A stretch of DNA of 64,000 nt from Myxococcota bacterium (GTDB lineage: Bacteria; Myxococcota_A; UBA796; CAJQPC01): positions 160,001 to 224,000 of the forward strand of contig JAZAMN010000052.1 of the NCBI GenBank assembly GCA_036229005.1. The letters run 5' to 3'. A program made the position numbers and the translations under genes. Of the stretch, positions 62,944-64,000 are shown one piece after another (the first letter of the stretch is position 1; the number at the start of each line of letters is the position of its first letter). The notes beneath the pieces are model-generated. The model saw only the letters and a list, made by a program, of their open reading frames with translations, did not search any database and was not told where the DNA came from.

Positions 62944-64000
62944 CTAACGCGGCGCGGTGGGCTCAGAGTCTTCGGGGGCGGGGGCTTGGGGCTCGGGCGG
63001 CGGGCAGGGGCTGCCCTGGTCGATCCAGGCGAGCACCAGGGCGATGTCCGGATCGGGGATGGCGGGCAGGCCCATGGGCATCCCGGGCTTGCCGCTGTGG
63101 GCGAGCTGGCTGGGCTGCTGACCGGGGCGGACCTGGTCCCGCTGCAGCTCCTCGGCGCGCTGGAGGAGCTGGCCGGGGATGGTGTCGGAGACGCTGGCGA
63201 CGCCCTCGCACGACTGGAGCTCCACGCCGGTAGAGGGCCACCCAAAGCCGCCGGCGTTCCCGGGGCCCGCGCGCCCCTCGTTCCACTCGGGCTTCATGTG
63301 ACAGTGGGCGCAGATGCGGCCGAAGACGCGGTCGTTGACCTCGTCCCAGGTGACCGGTCGGTCGGCGGGGGCGGGGAGCTGGACGCTGGCCGATGGGGTA
63401 GGCGTCCAGTCCAGCTCGGCCAGGTAGAGGTAGTCGCGCAGGGCGATGGCCTCGTCTGCGCTCAGGCCCATGTTGGGCATGGTGGCGGCGGGGGAGACGG
63501 CCTGCGGGTCCTGGATCCAGGCCACCGCTCGGTCGGGGTCCATGCGCGCGCGGGTGTGGCCAAGGTCGGGCGCCATGGGGATGCCGCCGGTGTGGCGCGC
63601 CCCGAAGCTGTGACAGGCCGCGCAGCCCTTTGTGGTGAACAGCTCCTCGCCGGCGCCCAGGTTTTCGCGGGTTGGGGTGGGGGAAGATGCGACAGGGGTC
63701 TGGGCGGATGCGAAGAGGGCCGCGATGGCCGCTCGCTCCCCCTCGGAGAGGTCCATGCGGGGCATGGTCTCGGGCAGCATCGGTCGCAGGTCGTGGGGGT
63801 TGTTCAAGTACGCGGCCACCCACTCGGGATCCAGGCGGGCCATGGCGGCCTCGAGGCTGGGGACCTGCAGGTAGGAGTGGACGGTGCGCTCGTAGCGCTC
63901 CCAGAGGGGGAAGACCTCCAGGGCGACCTGGCGCTTGGCGGGATCCGCGGCGATGTCCTGAATCCAGATGTGACAGCCGCTGCAGGACTCCTGGCGGGTG
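62944..64000 (-). CDS. Multiheme c-type cytochrome; 5' end runs off the window
   Basis: Frame stays open to the window edge; CSGCH (near 63975), CAACH and CAHCH; two P.TMP axial-Met motifs. Confidence 0.85.
   Translation of the reverse strand, partial: TRQESCSGCHIWIQDIAADPAKRQVALEVFPLWERYERTVHSYLQVPSLEAAMARLDPEWVAAYLNNPHDLRPMLPETMPRMDLSEGERAAIAALFASAQTPVASSPTPTRENLGAGEELFTTKGCAACHSFGARHTGGIPMAPDLGHTRARMDPDRAVAWIQDPQAVSPAATMPNMGLSADEAIALRDYLYLAELDWTPTPSASVQLPAPADRPVTWDEVNDRVFGRICAHCHMKPEWNEGRAGPGNAGGFGWPSTGVELQSCEGVASVSDTIPGQLLQRAEELQRDQVRPGQQPSQLAHSGKPGMPMGLPAIPDPDIALVLAWIDQGSPCPPPEPQAPAPEDSEPTAPR

Overview
High-GC bacterial chromosomal window (about 70% GC by eye). It is most consistent with a Myxococcota-type organism: there is a MYXO-CTERM-like tail, many Asp/Cys-rich and FG-GAP lipoproteins, and glyQ-glyS-ppdK synteny. 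About 45 CDS are supported. They include glyQ/glyS/ppdK, an hbd-crt-bcd cluster, an NtrC-family regulator, a Leu/Phe/Val dehydrogenase, an oppABCDF operon, arsS and many surface lipoproteins. Two systems stand out. (1) A complete IS110-family element (16004-17510, CC core at both ends). Its left non-coding end folds into two stem-loops whose internal loops match the element's own ends and its insertion site, so a bridge RNA can be read directly. It appears programmed against a heptamer-built composite repeat that recurs, unoccupied, elsewhere in the window. (2) A lower-GC three-gene lipoprotein operon whose first gene carries a (TTCTC)6 tract in its signal peptide. The tract is currently out of frame and resembles the Neisseria opa CTCTT phase-variation switch. 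Also notable are several enzymes with lost catalytic motifs (HisC-like Lys-to-Phe, radical-SAM-like without CX3CX2C, Nudix without the EE pair), very short lipoprotein signal peptides, probable leaderless genes, and a 31-bp-period inverted repeat array. All calls come from reading the sequence; no database searches were run.
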